A DNA stretch of 39,967 nucleotides, from positions 1 to 39,967 of the forward strand of contig PFHN01000070.1 of assembly GCA_002782305.1 (NCBI GenBank), in the 5' to 3' direction. This document shows, piece after piece, positions 1 through 8,158 of this stretch. The DNA is from Candidatus Moranbacteria bacterium CG_4_8_14_3_um_filter_41_13 (GTDB taxonomy: Bacteria; Patescibacteriota; Minisyncoccia; Moranbacterales; UBA1568). Below the pieces are notes generated by a model. That model ran no database searches. It saw nothing but the letters and a program-made list of their open reading frames with translations, and was not told the DNA's origin. Numbering within the stretch: the first letter of the stretch is position 1; every line of letters starts with the position of its first letter. The position numbers were made by a program, and so were the translations under genes.

Positions 1-45
1 CGAAAAATTTCCTATGGATGCCGTAGAGTGAGGGAATATTTTTCG
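1..45 (+). repeat. Core hairpin of a palindromic repeat family (second copy at 37401..37446 in opposite orientation); element cut by the window edge
   Basis: CGAAAAATTTCC-N20-GGAATATTTTTCG. By hand alignment about 41 of 45 positions match the reverse complement of 37401..37446. Weaker similarity continues to about nt 90. Confidence 0.6.
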
Positions 46-258
46 TAAATAAAGAAGAGCTTTTGAGTCTGGAGCAGAGAAAAAAGATTGCTTTTGGTTC
101 TTTTCCTCTACAAGATTGGAAGGATTGCTCTGCAAAGGAGAATACAGGTCTCATACATTCTCTCTTTGATAATGCCGTCACATCGCCCTCAAAGGTTGAT
201 TGTTTCTGAGAAGTGTGTATACTACGATAGTAGTAACTCATTAATAGGATATACTCTT

Positions 259-426
259 ATGGCAGAAGAAACAGTCGCTCAAACAGGACATTGTATGAAG
301 TGCAAAGAAAAAAGAGAGATGAAAGACGTCGAAGAGGTAGAGATGAAAAACGGACGCAAAGCAATGAAAGGTCTTTGTGCTACGTGTGGTACGAAGATGT
401 TCAAAATCCTTGGTAACAAGAAATAG
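259..426 (+). CDS. Small zinc-ribbon protein, DUF5679-like (55 aa)
   Basis: Two CxxC pairs (CMKC ... CATC) in MAEETVAQTGHCMKCKEKREMKDVEEVEMKNGRKAMKGLCATCGTKMFKILGNKK. Start moved to ATG 259 because the upstream part of ORF 88..426 looks non-coding. Confidence 0.6.
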   Translation: MAEETVAQTGHCMKCKEKREMKDVEEVEMKNGRKAMKGLCATCGTKMFKILGNKK

Positions 427-441
427 CATCAGTCCAATAAG

Positions 442-477
442 AAAAGAGCCCTACTGTATAAGCAGAGCTCTTTTTTA
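442..477. terminator. Hairpin between convergent genes (candidate bidirectional terminator)
   Basis: AAAAGAGC (442..449) pairs with GCTCTTTT (467..474), followed by a T run. Lies between the DUF5679 stop and the gyrB stop. Confidence 0.45.
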
Positions 478-507
478 TATACGTCTTTCTCGTTCCATCG
501 CTCTGCC

Positions 508-2568
508 CTAAATATCCAGATTCTTCACTGTTTTCGCGTGTGTCTGGATGAAGCGACGACGAGGCTCAACTTCGTTCCCCATCAAAATATCAAAGAGTTC
601 ATCGGCAGCTTCTGCGTCTTCGATGTTCACTTTGAGCATAATACGGTTATCAGGATCCATCGTTGTTTCCCAGAGTTGTTCTGGGTTCATTTCTCCGAGA
701 CCTTTGTATCGCTGAAGAGTGATACCGTGAGCACTGGCCCCTTCCCCTTCATTCTCTACAAGTACCACAGCGTCTTCGGCAGATGCTTCTTCTTCAGATT
801 CTTCTTTCTTCGATTTCTTCCCTTTCTTCGTCGACGCTTTTTCTGATGCGAGTTTTTTCATTTCTTCTATGATACGAAGTTTGTCTTCTTCGGTATACGC
901 ATACCGTGTGTCTTTGCCCTTCTGTACACGGTAGAGTGGTGGCTGAGCAATGAAGACGTGTCCCTCGCGAATGAGCGATTCATAATACCGATAGAAGAAC
1001 GTGAGCAGAAGCGTACGGATGTGAGCACCATCGACATCGGCATCGGCCATAATAATCACCTTACCATAACGAAGCTTCGAAAGATCAAAGGTTTCACCAA
1101 TACCAGCGCCGAGAGCGATGATAATCGGTTTCAAAGTATCAGACTTCACGACTTTATCAAGGCTTGTTTTTTCGACATTGACGAGTTTACCGCGGAGAGG
1201 CAAGATAGCCTGAAACTCACGGTTGCGTCCCTGCTTCGCACTGCCACCTGCAGAGTCTCCTTCTACGATGTACACTTCAGAACGCTCAGCATCACGTGTG
1301 GTACAATCAGCGAGTTTACCAGGAAGCGTCATCCCTTCGAGCGCTCCCTTGCGTAGCACAGCGTCCTTAGCAGCACGAGCAGCGATGCGAGCCCTCACTG
1401 TGAGCAAACATTTGTCGATCATCGCTCGTGCATCGTTTGGATGTGTTTCGAGAAATTCTGCGAGTCCCTCAGAAGTTACTTGAGAAACAGCACCCCTCAC
1501 TTCATTGTTATTGAGTTTGTCTTTCGTCTGTCCTTCAAACTGAGGATTTGCCAACTTCACAGAAATAACTGCCGTAAGACCTTCGCTCAAATCTTCGGAC
1601 GTGAAAGATCCTTCTTTTTCTTTGAGTAAATTATTCTTCTTGGCATAATCATTCATCGTGCGCGTCAATGCCATTTTGAATCCTGTCACATGTGTCCCTC
1701 CCCCTGGGTTCAGAATGTTGTTGGCAAAAGAATACATATGTTCCTTGAATCCATCAGTGAATTGAAAAGAAACTTCTGTATAAATATCATTCACTGTTTT
1801 CTCAATGTAGACAGGAGTCACATTCTTCACAGCTTTTTTTCTATTTAAAAACTTCACAAAAGACACGATACCTGAATCGAAATAAAAACTTTGACGTTCT
1901 GCCTTGTACGTTTCTTTTTCATTCATCACTTCCCGACAATCCTCGGCGTGAATACGAATACCTTTGGTAAGAAAAGCTTGGTAACGGAGATATTCGAGGA
2001 TTTTGTTCCAAGAATAGCTAATCTCAGGAAAGATTTCTGGATCAGCCTGAAAGGCAACGGTTGTACCTGTTGTCTTGGATTTTCCGATGGCCTTCACATC
2101 AGCGACTGGTTTGCCTCGATGATATTCCTGCACCCATACCTTCCCCTCACGCATCACCGTCACCCGCGTCACAATCGAAAGAGCGTTCACCACTGATACA
2201 CCGACACCGTGGAGACCTCCTGATATTTTGTATCCACCTTCACCACCGAATTTTCCTCCAGCGTGAAGCACTGTCATAACAGTTTCCAGTGTTGATTTTT
2301 TGGTTTGAGGGTGGATCTCCACAGGGATACCACGACCATCATCCGTCACTTCTACCCAGTTATCCGGCAAAAGACGAATGAGGATACTCGTGCAATGCCC
2401 TGCCATCGCTTCATCGATCGAGTTGTTTACCACTTCCCAAATCAGATGGTGGAGTCCCTCAAGAGATGTTCCTCCGATGTACATACCAGGGCGCTTCCTC
2501 ACTGGATCAAGCCCTTCGAGTACCTGAATCGATTTTGCACCATAACTTGTTTGTTCTTTCTTTGCCAT
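508..2568 (-). CDS. gyrB: DNA gyrase subunit B
   Basis: 686-aa ORF with GHKL ATPase N-terminus (EVVNNSIDEAMAG), TOPRIM (EGDSAGGSAKQGR) and C-terminal QRYKGLGEMNPEQLWETTMDP motif. Confidence 0.97.
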   Translation of the reverse strand: MAKKEQTSYGAKSIQVLEGLDPVRKRPGMYIGGTSLEGLHHLIWEVVNNSIDEAMAGHCTSILIRLLPDNWVEVTDDGRGIPVEIHPQTKKSTLETVMTVLHAGGKFGGEGGYKISGGLHGVGVSVVNALSIVTRVTVMREGKVWVQEYHRGKPVADVKAIGKSKTTGTTVAFQADPEIFPEISYSWNKILEYLRYQAFLTKGIRIHAEDCREVMNEKETYKAERQSFYFDSGIVSFVKFLNRKKAVKNVTPVYIEKTVNDIYTEVSFQFTDGFKEHMYSFANNILNPGGGTHVTGFKMALTRTMNDYAKKNNLLKEKEGSFTSEDLSEGLTAVISVKLANPQFEGQTKDKLNNNEVRGAVSQVTSEGLAEFLETHPNDARAMIDKCLLTVRARIAARAAKDAVLRKGALEGMTLPGKLADCTTRDAERSEVYIVEGDSAGGSAKQGRNREFQAILPLRGKLVNVEKTSLDKVVKSDTLKPIIIALGAGIGETFDLSKLRYGKVIIMADADVDGAHIRTLLLTFFYRYYESLIREGHVFIAQPPLYRVQKGKDTRYAYTEEDKLRIIEEMKKLASEKASTKKGKKSKKEESEEEASAEDAVVLVENEGEGASAHGITLQRYKGLGEMNPEQLWETTMDPDNRIMLKVNIEDAEAADELFDILMGNEVEPRRRFIQTHAKTVKNLDI

Positions 2569-2606
2569 AAAGTCAGTATTGTGGAGAAATTAATATGTAT
2601 AAAAAC

Positions 2607-2990
2607 TTATTTGTTGGTATGAGAGAGATAGCGAAACGTGAATTCAAGCAGGAGTATCAAAGCAAAAAGAAGAGAGGCATCCCACCATACGAGGATATGC
2701 ATATACTGAAAAAGAAGCATTCCTGTCAGGAAAAATGAAAGCAGTATCGCCTGCCTAATAATCCCCATCAAATTGGCAACCGTCGTGTCATCACTCGACA
2801 TCTTTCGATACAGAGAAATGAGGAGGAGGAGAAATATCCCTACCCAAGCAACGAAAAATACGAGAAAAAACAAGGTAACAGCCGTACTCCCCATCTCCTC
2901 TGGATCGAAGAGAAAAATGATTCCCATCCATGCAGATACCGTCAGCAATGTAAAAAAACGGATACCAAAGAGATATGAAGAAAGTGACAT
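2607..2990 (-). CDS. Small integral membrane protein, unknown function (4 predicted TM segments)
   Basis: 127-aa hydrophobic ORF with regular TM-length segments. No recognisable family. Confidence 0.5.
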   Translation of the reverse strand: MSLSSYLFGIRFFTLLTVSAWMGIIFLFDPEEMGSTAVTLFFLVFFVAWVGIFLLLLISLYRKMSSDDTTVANLMGIIRQAILLSFFLTGMLLFQYMHILVWWDASLLFALILLLEFTFRYLSHTNK

Positions 2991-3132
2991 AGTATTTCGA
3001 TTGCAAATCCCTTGATCTTAAACGCTCCTTTTCCTATTCTACCTCATTTCCAGAAAAAGAGCAACTCCTTTCTCAAACGATTTTTTGCTTTATTATTGGT
3101 CTTTATACTGATTTTATACTCCAGAAAGTAAG

Positions 3133-3157
3133 AAAAAACCCTGCTTTTATAGCAGGG
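3133..3157 (-). terminator. Intrinsic terminator downstream of efp
   Basis: On the minus strand CCCTGC-N7-GCAGGG is followed by TTTTTT, about 12 nt after the efp stop. Confidence 0.7.
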
Positions 3158-3169
3158 CACTTTCTTCTG

Positions 3170-3727
3170 TTAGGCTCTAGAAACGTAGGTTCCTTTTTCG
3201 GTATTGATAACGAGTTTGTCCCCTACCTTGATAAACAGTGGTGCAGTGATCTGGAGTCCTGTTTCGAGGGTCACTACTTTCCCTCCGCCCGATGCTGTAT
3301 CACCCTTGATACCTGGAGGCGCATCAGTGACGGTGAGTGTCACCTTCACAGGAGGGTCGACATTGATCGGTTTTCCATTCCAGTTGAGTACGGACATCTC
3401 TGTTCCTTCAACGAGGTAAGATGTCATATCTCCAAGCACTTCCTTCGACAAAGAAAATTGATCGAACGTCTCTGTATCCATAAACTGGTATTCGTCTCCT
3501 TCGTGATAGAGATACTGAGCATGAGATTTAGAAATTTCTGCTTCTTCTACTTTTTCTGCTCCTTGGAACGTATAATCGATGATGACGCCCGAAAGCAGGT
3601 TTTTTAGTTTCGTGCGCATCACAGCTCCGCCTCGTCCAATTTTGGAATGAAGGTACTCCAAGACAACATATGGTTCATTATTCCAAATAATTTTTTTTCC
3701 TGTTTTGATATCGGTCATGTTTAACAT
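3170..3727 (-). CDS. efp: Translation elongation factor P
   Basis: 185 aa of typical EF-P length and sequence (KTGKKIIWNNEPYVVLEYLHSKIGRGGAVMRTKLKNL... three-domain layout). Confidence 0.95.
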   Translation of the reverse strand: MLNMTDIKTGKKIIWNNEPYVVLEYLHSKIGRGGAVMRTKLKNLLSGVIIDYTFQGAEKVEEAEISKSHAQYLYHEGDEYQFMDTETFDQFSLSKEVLGDMTSYLVEGTEMSVLNWNGKPINVDPPVKVTLTVTDAPPGIKGDTASGGGKVVTLETGLQITAPLFIKVGDKLVINTEKGTYVSRA

Positions 3728-3750
3728 AAAAACATATCAACATTATCTAC

Positions 3751-3945
3751 TTATTTGATCACGTAAGGAATAAGTGCCATAAAACGAGCACGCTTCACAG
3801 CGAGTGACAACTCTCTTTGTTCTTTGGCTGTAAGACCGTATTTCTTTGGTGGATACATTTTTCCTTGTGAATTGAGAAATCTACGAAGGAAATAAGCGTC
3901 TTTATAATCAAGATTTGCGAGCTTCTTGCTCATTGCTTCTTCCAT
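3751..3945 (-). CDS. rpsR: 30S ribosomal protein bS18
   Basis: FLRRFLNSQGKMYPPKKYGLTAKEQRELSLAVKRARFMALIPY. Start set at the internal ATG at 3945 (alternative 3933) because the first 18 codons of the tracked ORF are hydrophobic filler. Confidence 0.9.
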   Translation of the reverse strand: MEEAMSKKLANLDYKDAYFLRRFLNSQGKMYPPKKYGLTAKEQRELSLAVKRARFMALIPYVIK

Positions 3946-4087
3946 AATGTTGTAATAATAAATGATAATAAATAATAAGTGATGATTGATAAGTGACACA
4001 CAAAGAGGATAATAGATAAAACGAAAAAGTTTTTCTCAAGTCATTTATCTTGCTCTGTCATCTTGCATCTCTTATCATGCATCTTCT

Positions 4088-4588
4088 TTAGAATGGTACA
4101 TCTTCAATTTTTATTTCATCCCTTTCGTCGTCAAGATTGATGGTTGGGATTTCTTCTTCAATAGGTGCGGGTTTCGATACTGATGGTGTACCCTTGGCGA
4201 AACGATCTGAGGGAGCACTCGTACTGTGAGGAGCGCTGTTCCCTCCTTGCGATGCACCCTGGGCACGACTTCCGAGTTGCATATTCTCACCGATGATTTC
4301 TGTCGTGCGACGAGTAGTGCCATCTTTGGCTGTATACTCCCTCGTTTGCAGACGACCTTCGATGAAACATTCTTGCCCTTTTGTGAGATACTGACCGGCT
4401 ATTTCTGCCAAACGTCCCCACAAAACAATATTATGAAATTCTGTCTTTTCTTGTTTGGTCCCGCTTTTATCGGTCCAAAAATTATTGGTTGCTATCGAAA
4501 GCGTGGCTACCGATTGCCCCCCAGGAGTGGTACGGATTTCTGGATCACGAGTCACTCTGCCGACAAGAATAACTTTGTTTACGTTCAT
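4088..4588 (-). CDS. ssb: Single-stranded DNA-binding protein
   Basis: OB-fold N-terminus MNVNKVILVGRVTRDPEIR, disordered G/S/P linker and acidic tip DEIKIEDVPF. Sits in the conserved rpsF-ssb-rpsR order. Confidence 0.95.
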   Translation of the reverse strand: MNVNKVILVGRVTRDPEIRTTPGGQSVATLSIATNNFWTDKSGTKQEKTEFHNIVLWGRLAEIAGQYLTKGQECFIEGRLQTREYTAKDGTTRRTTEIIGENMQLGSRAQGASQGGNSAPHSTSAPSDRFAKGTPSVSKPAPIEEEIPTINLDDERDEIKIEDVPF

Positions 4589-4624
4589 AAGCGCATTATT
4601 AATGACTTATTAAAAAACGATTGA

Positions 4625-5128
4625 TTAAATATCCAATTTTGCTTTCAGTTGATTGTCAATTTCTTCATTGCTCACTTTCTTCGCTTCTTCTTTCGGTGCG
4701 ACAGGAGCTTGTGGCATCGGACGCATTGCACCACGCTTCTCGTAATGCCCTCCTCGGCTTTCTACTTTTGGTCGTTCAACACGTGGGATGGCTTTGAGTT
4801 CTGGCAGGTCTTTTGCAAGAAGAATAATGAAGCGGAGTACATCTTTCGACAATTGTAGCGCTCTATTGATGGTCGCAAGAGGATGTACAGCTACTTCCTG
4901 TCCGCTTGCATCTACTTCGTCTTTGTCAGGCAAAGTGAAACGACGGGCAATATAAATACCTCGAGTTTCTTTCTTCACTTCATATGCCATCTTGCGTTTC
5001 TCTTCTGTTGCCACAGCAAGAAATGTGCCCCCTTCAGCAGTCACTATTTTTTCCACTTCTTCTTTGATTCTTGGCAATTCACTTTCTTTCGATTCGCCAA
5101 CGAGATAACAGAGTTCGTATTCAATCAT
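4625..5128 (-). CDS. rpsF: 30S ribosomal protein bS6 with a long C-terminal extension
   Basis: N-terminal MIEYELCYLV... S6 fold, first gene of the rpsF-ssb-rpsR cluster. Roughly the last 65 aa are a charged extension. Confidence 0.85.
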   Translation of the reverse strand: MIEYELCYLVGESKESELPRIKEEVEKIVTAEGGTFLAVATEEKRKMAYEVKKETRGIYIARRFTLPDKDEVDASGQEVAVHPLATINRALQLSKDVLRFIILLAKDLPELKAIPRVERPKVESRGGHYEKRGAMRPMPQAPVAPKEEAKKVSNEEIDNQLKAKLDI

Positions 5129-5163
5129 ACTTTTGATTGCTTTAATAAATTACTCAAATAATT

Positions 5164-5201
5164 AAAAAAAATGCCCAGCAGAGAAAACCTACCCTGCGGG
5201 G
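5164..5201 (-). terminator. Hairpin plus T8 immediately upstream of rpsF (candidate leader attenuator)
   Basis: Minus strand CCCGCAG-N12-CTGC(T)GGG followed by CATTTTTTTT, ending 35 nt before the rpsF ATG. The 3' arm can alternatively pair with GCCCGACA (5239..5246). Confidence 0.5.
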
Positions 5202-5264
5202 ATATGTTTCTTCTAATCCTTTTTCAAGGCGGAAGAAATGTCGGGCTTTCTTTGTTGTATGCGC

Positions 5265-5293
5265 ACTGTATCAGACATTCTCCTTTTTGGCAA
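5265..5293 (-). promoter_or_regulatory. Candidate sigma70-type promoter for the rpsF leader
   Basis: Minus strand TTGCCA-17 nt-TACAGT. Same style as the candidate suf promoter (TTGACA-17-TACACT). Confidence 0.35.
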
Positions 5294-5366
5294 GTTTTAT
5301 CTCTTGCATACTCCTTACTGACTAAACGTCGAGACTGGCAAAAAGCCTGGGCGCTACACACAGAAA

Positions 5367-5702
5367 TTAAATTTTGAACCCTTTTTCAAAAAGTTCTTTC
5401 AGTTTTCTTCTCCCAGCTCCACTTTTCCACCACAATTCACGCTTCTTTGCTTCGTGCATAGTTTCAAACTCCTCTGTAAAAATCAGCTCCAATGGCCTCC
5501 TATGAGCCGTTGACTTTACTTCGCCCTTACAATGTTGTATAAAACGTGCTTTTACATCTTGGGAATATCCAACATAAGTTTTTTTTATCTTTAAAAACTT
5601 TGAAGAAAATAAATATAAAACATACGATTTGAGAGCGGGTAGGGGGAGTCGAACCCCCGTCCTCAGCTTGGAAGGCTGATATAATAAACCGTTATACGAC
5701 AC
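5367..5702 (-). CDS. GIY-YIG nuclease domain protein; 5' end of the ORF overlaps tRNA-Gly and the true start is unresolved
   Basis: Core YVLYLF...KTYVGYSQDVKARFIQH...RRPLELIFTEEFETMHEAKKRELWWK. The only canonical in-frame start is ATG 5702, inside the tRNA. There is no ATG/GTG/TTG between the tRNA 3' end (5634) and the first beta strand. Confidence 0.65.
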   Translation of the reverse strand: MSYNGLLYQPSKLRTGVRLPLPALKSYVLYLFSSKFLKIKKTYVGYSQDVKARFIQHCKGEVKSTAHRRPLELIFTEEFETMHEAKKRELWWKSGAGRRKLKELFEKGFKI

Positions 5703-5706
5703 CCGC
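5634..5706 (-). tRNA. tRNA-Gly (anticodon UCC)
   Basis: Hand-folded cloverleaf: acceptor GCGGGTG/TACCCGC, anticodon stem TCAGC/GCTGA with loop CTTCCAA, T arm GGGGG-TTCGACT-CCCCC, discriminator T. CCA is not encoded. Confidence 0.9.
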
Positions 5707-5739
5707 TTATTCTTATTACTCTCTATCTTCTGGATACTC

Positions 5740-6489
5740 TTACTTCCCCTCTTCTACCGTTGTTGCCTGAATACCAGTGAAAGGATCCATATGACGATTC
5801 TCTTTAGAAACACCAAGATCAACTAACATTTTCTCTATCGCTTCACTGAAATAGGGCGATCCAACAATATAATACAGACAATTCGGAATATCTTCAATAT
5901 ATTTCTTGAGTATATCAGCACAGATATACCCTCGTTCATCATTCTCTTTCGCGCAAGCATCTGTAGATTTGCTCAGTACAGTCACATAACGAAGATGATC
6001 AAGTGCGATATTTTGTATTTCTTCATCAAATGTAGCATCTTTCGTAAAACGATTGGCATACAGAAGAGTGAAGCTTCGCTGACTCTTTTCATATTCTGCT
6101 TGCTTCAAAATACTACGTACTGGTGTAATGCCAATGCCTCCGACAAGGAACACTATCGGTCTGTTATCTTCTTTAAGCACTGTAAAGAACCCTACTGCTT
6201 TGGTAATAACGACCGTCATACCCGGAGTCATAGCCCAGCATACTTGTTTGAAAGAACTCATACTTCTTCTCATTGAAAAATAGAGCTCAGACTCACAGGG
6301 AGCTGAGGATATAGACAAAGAACGAATAAGTCCCCTTTTGTCTATTTCAATTCCTTCAATCTTCGGGACTTCCAAAGCAACGTACTGACCAGCAGTGAAA
6401 GTATAACCCTCTGGCTTATCAAAGATAAAAAGACGTGTGCCATCAGCAACGTCACGAACTTCTTTGAGTGTCAGCGTAAATCCCTGCAT
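5740..6489 (-). CDS. FNR-like FAD/NAD(P)-binding oxidoreductase (ferredoxin reductase-type two-domain protein)
   Basis: RSLSISS (RxYS-type FAD motif) and VGGIGITP (NAD(P) binding). 249 aa. Confidence 0.75.
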   Translation of the reverse strand: MQGFTLTLKEVRDVADGTRLFIFDKPEGYTFTAGQYVALEVPKIEGIEIDKRGLIRSLSISSAPCESELYFSMRRSMSSFKQVCWAMTPGMTVVITKAVGFFTVLKEDNRPIVFLVGGIGITPVRSILKQAEYEKSQRSFTLLYANRFTKDATFDEEIQNIALDHLRYVTVLSKSTDACAKENDERGYICADILKKYIEDIPNCLYYIVGSPYFSEAIEKMLVDLGVSKENRHMDPFTGIQATTVEEGK

Positions 6490-6592
6490 ACAAGCACGAA
6501 GACTAATAATTACTCTTTTCAGTATACTCTTTTACGAGCGTCTTGTCAAAATGAATTTCTGCTTTCTCTTCTAATATTATGTCCTTCTTTTT

Positions 6593-7612
6593 CTATACAA
6601 TATCGTGCAGAATATTCTCATACTTAGCGATTTCCAAGAGCATCATAAGTACCTCCGCCAGTTTCTCGGTATCATGCCTGATAAATGAACGTGTATGTGC
6701 TATCTTGTCCCCTCGAGAAAAATAGACCTTCTCCGCACTCAGAAAATCTGATTGGATGACACGATATGTCCTTTTCTTCTGAAGTGTCTTATCAAAAGAC
6801 ACTAATTCACTTTCTCGCTCATATTTTTTCAGGAGCGTCTTACTCGGTTTCCCTGTGTTATAGGTTACGAAATCCACTCTCCCTTTACCGATATAATTTT
6901 CTATCGCCTCGATATAATTATCAAGTGTAAATCCATCAGTCTGCCCCTTTTTATTCACGAGATTGCAATTATAGACCACTTTGGCTTTCGATTTTCGTAT
7001 CGCTTCAGGAATACCCGTCACCAGAAGATTGGGTACAATAGAACAATAATGATTGCCTGGTCCCATCACAATGAGGTCAGCAGAAAGAATTTTCTCTAAA
7101 GCCCGTGGATTGGCTTTGGCTTTCGGTGAAAGATACATTTTTTCAACTCCCAACTTTTGGATCTCAAAGTTATGATTGATTTCATTTTCCCCATGAAGCA
7201 GTCCATTGTTCTTAAGTTTGATAAGAAGATTTGTATCACTATTGGTAACTGGAATAACCTCGCCTTTGACATTCAGTATTTTTGCAGCCTCCCCAACTCC
7301 CGTAGCGAAACTGCCAGTCACCTTTTCAAGAGCCGAAAGAAAAAGATTGCCAAAACTGTGCCCAGAGAGCCCTCCTTCTTCGAAGCGATAATTCATCAGC
7401 GTCCGAAGCATCTCCGATGAATCAGAAAGTGCCACCAGACACTGACGGACATCACCAGGAGGCAGGACGCCGAGCTCATCACGAAGAATACCTGTTGATC
7501 CTCCATCATCCGCCATCGAAACAATGGCCGAAAGTTCAATCGGATATTTCTTCAAACCAGAAAGCAGAGTAAAACTCCCTGTTCCTCCACCAATGGTTAC
7601 TACTTTTTTCAT
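6593..7612 (-). CDS. yvcK: YvcK/CofD-family protein (gluconeogenesis factor-like, UPF0052)
   Basis: MKKVVTIGGGTGSFTLLSGLK ... MADDGGSTGILRDELGVLPPGDVRQCLVALS signature. The start overlaps the upstream GIY-YIG stop (ATGA). Confidence 0.85.
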   Translation of the reverse strand: MKKVVTIGGGTGSFTLLSGLKKYPIELSAIVSMADDGGSTGILRDELGVLPPGDVRQCLVALSDSSEMLRTLMNYRFEEGGLSGHSFGNLFLSALEKVTGSFATGVGEAAKILNVKGEVIPVTNSDTNLLIKLKNNGLLHGENEINHNFEIQKLGVEKMYLSPKAKANPRALEKILSADLIVMGPGNHYCSIVPNLLVTGIPEAIRKSKAKVVYNCNLVNKKGQTDGFTLDNYIEAIENYIGKGRVDFVTYNTGKPSKTLLKKYERESELVSFDKTLQKKRTYRVIQSDFLSAEKVYFSRGDKIAHTRSFIRHDTEKLAEVLMMLLEIAKYENILHDIV

Positions 7613-7929
7613 AAGCTTTTACTGTTTGTCCAAAGACCATTTATTAAATTCATTTTTTTCTTCCTCGTCCATCCTTTTATTTGTTCTTCTCGTCGACGAG
7701 CAAGAATGAGGGATGGATAACTCTCATAGTATATCAAATATACAGGCCGTCGCATTCTTGTCCAAAGAGATGCTTCTCCTGAATAATGTTCTTTCAAGCG
7801 ATTCTTTACATTGACTGTTGACCCACAATAGAAACTGTCATCTTTACATAATAACATATAAACAAAAAATGCCCCTTCGACAGGCTCAGGGCACTCGACT
7901 TCTTGTATATTTTTTTGAAACCTCACCAT
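7609..7929 (-). CDS. GIY-YIG nuclease domain protein (UPF0213/YhbQ-like)
   Basis: FFVYMLLCKDDSFYCGSTVNVKNRLKEHYSG ... RRPVYLIYYESYPSLILARRREEQIKGW. Lies 55 nt downstream of tRNA-Pro on the same strand. Confidence 0.8.
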   Translation of the reverse strand: MVRFQKNIQEVECPEPVEGAFFVYMLLCKDDSFYCGSTVNVKNRLKEHYSGEASLWTRMRRPVYLIYYESYPSLILARRREEQIKGWTRKKKMNLINGLWTNSKSL

Positions 7930-7984
7930 AGATATGGGTCGAAGACCATGAGCGGAATTCTAGCGCAGCTGGAATGAAGTCGAA

Positions 7985-8058
7985 TGGTCGGAGCACTCGG
8001 AATCGAACCGAGACTACGTGCGCCCAAGGCACGCGTACTACCACTATACTATGCTCCG
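7985..8058 (-). tRNA. tRNA-Pro (anticodon UGG), CCA encoded
   Basis: Hand-folded: acceptor CGGAGCA/TGCTCCG, anticodon stem CGTGC/GCACG with loop CTTGGGC, T arm CTCGG-TTCGATT-CCGAG, discriminator A then CCA. Confidence 0.9.
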
Positions 8059-8158
8059 ATAATTACAACCCGCGTCACTCCAACAAGAAGTAAGAGGCGG
8101 GTTATAATTCTATCTTTCTTATCAAAGACTTCTCGCGAAGTATCTTCGATATTTTCTC

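Noticed and set aside
88-258. N-terminal extensions of tracked ORFs: 88..426; also 3946..3999, 16386..16475, 21753..21821, 29319..29384, 30371..30454, 32329..32382, 33504..33536 and 37960..38016
   Set aside because: The extensions are hydrophobic or basic filler upstream of an internal ATG. That ATG aligns with the conserved family N-terminus and usually abuts or overlaps the upstream gene stop, so the shorter gene models were used.
5171-5377. 68-aa plus-strand ORF in the gap between rpsF and the GIY-YIG gene
   Set aside because: It has no coding-like composition or motif. The region is better explained on the minus strand as promoter, structured leader and terminator of the rpsF operon.
8066-8158. 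Hairpins between tRNA-Pro and the hup stop (AACCCGC-N23-GCGGGTT and ACTTC-TCGC-GAAGT) as terminators or a regulatory element
   Set aside because: The stems are short or have very large loops, and neither is followed by a clear T run on the relevant strand. Support is too weak to annotate.
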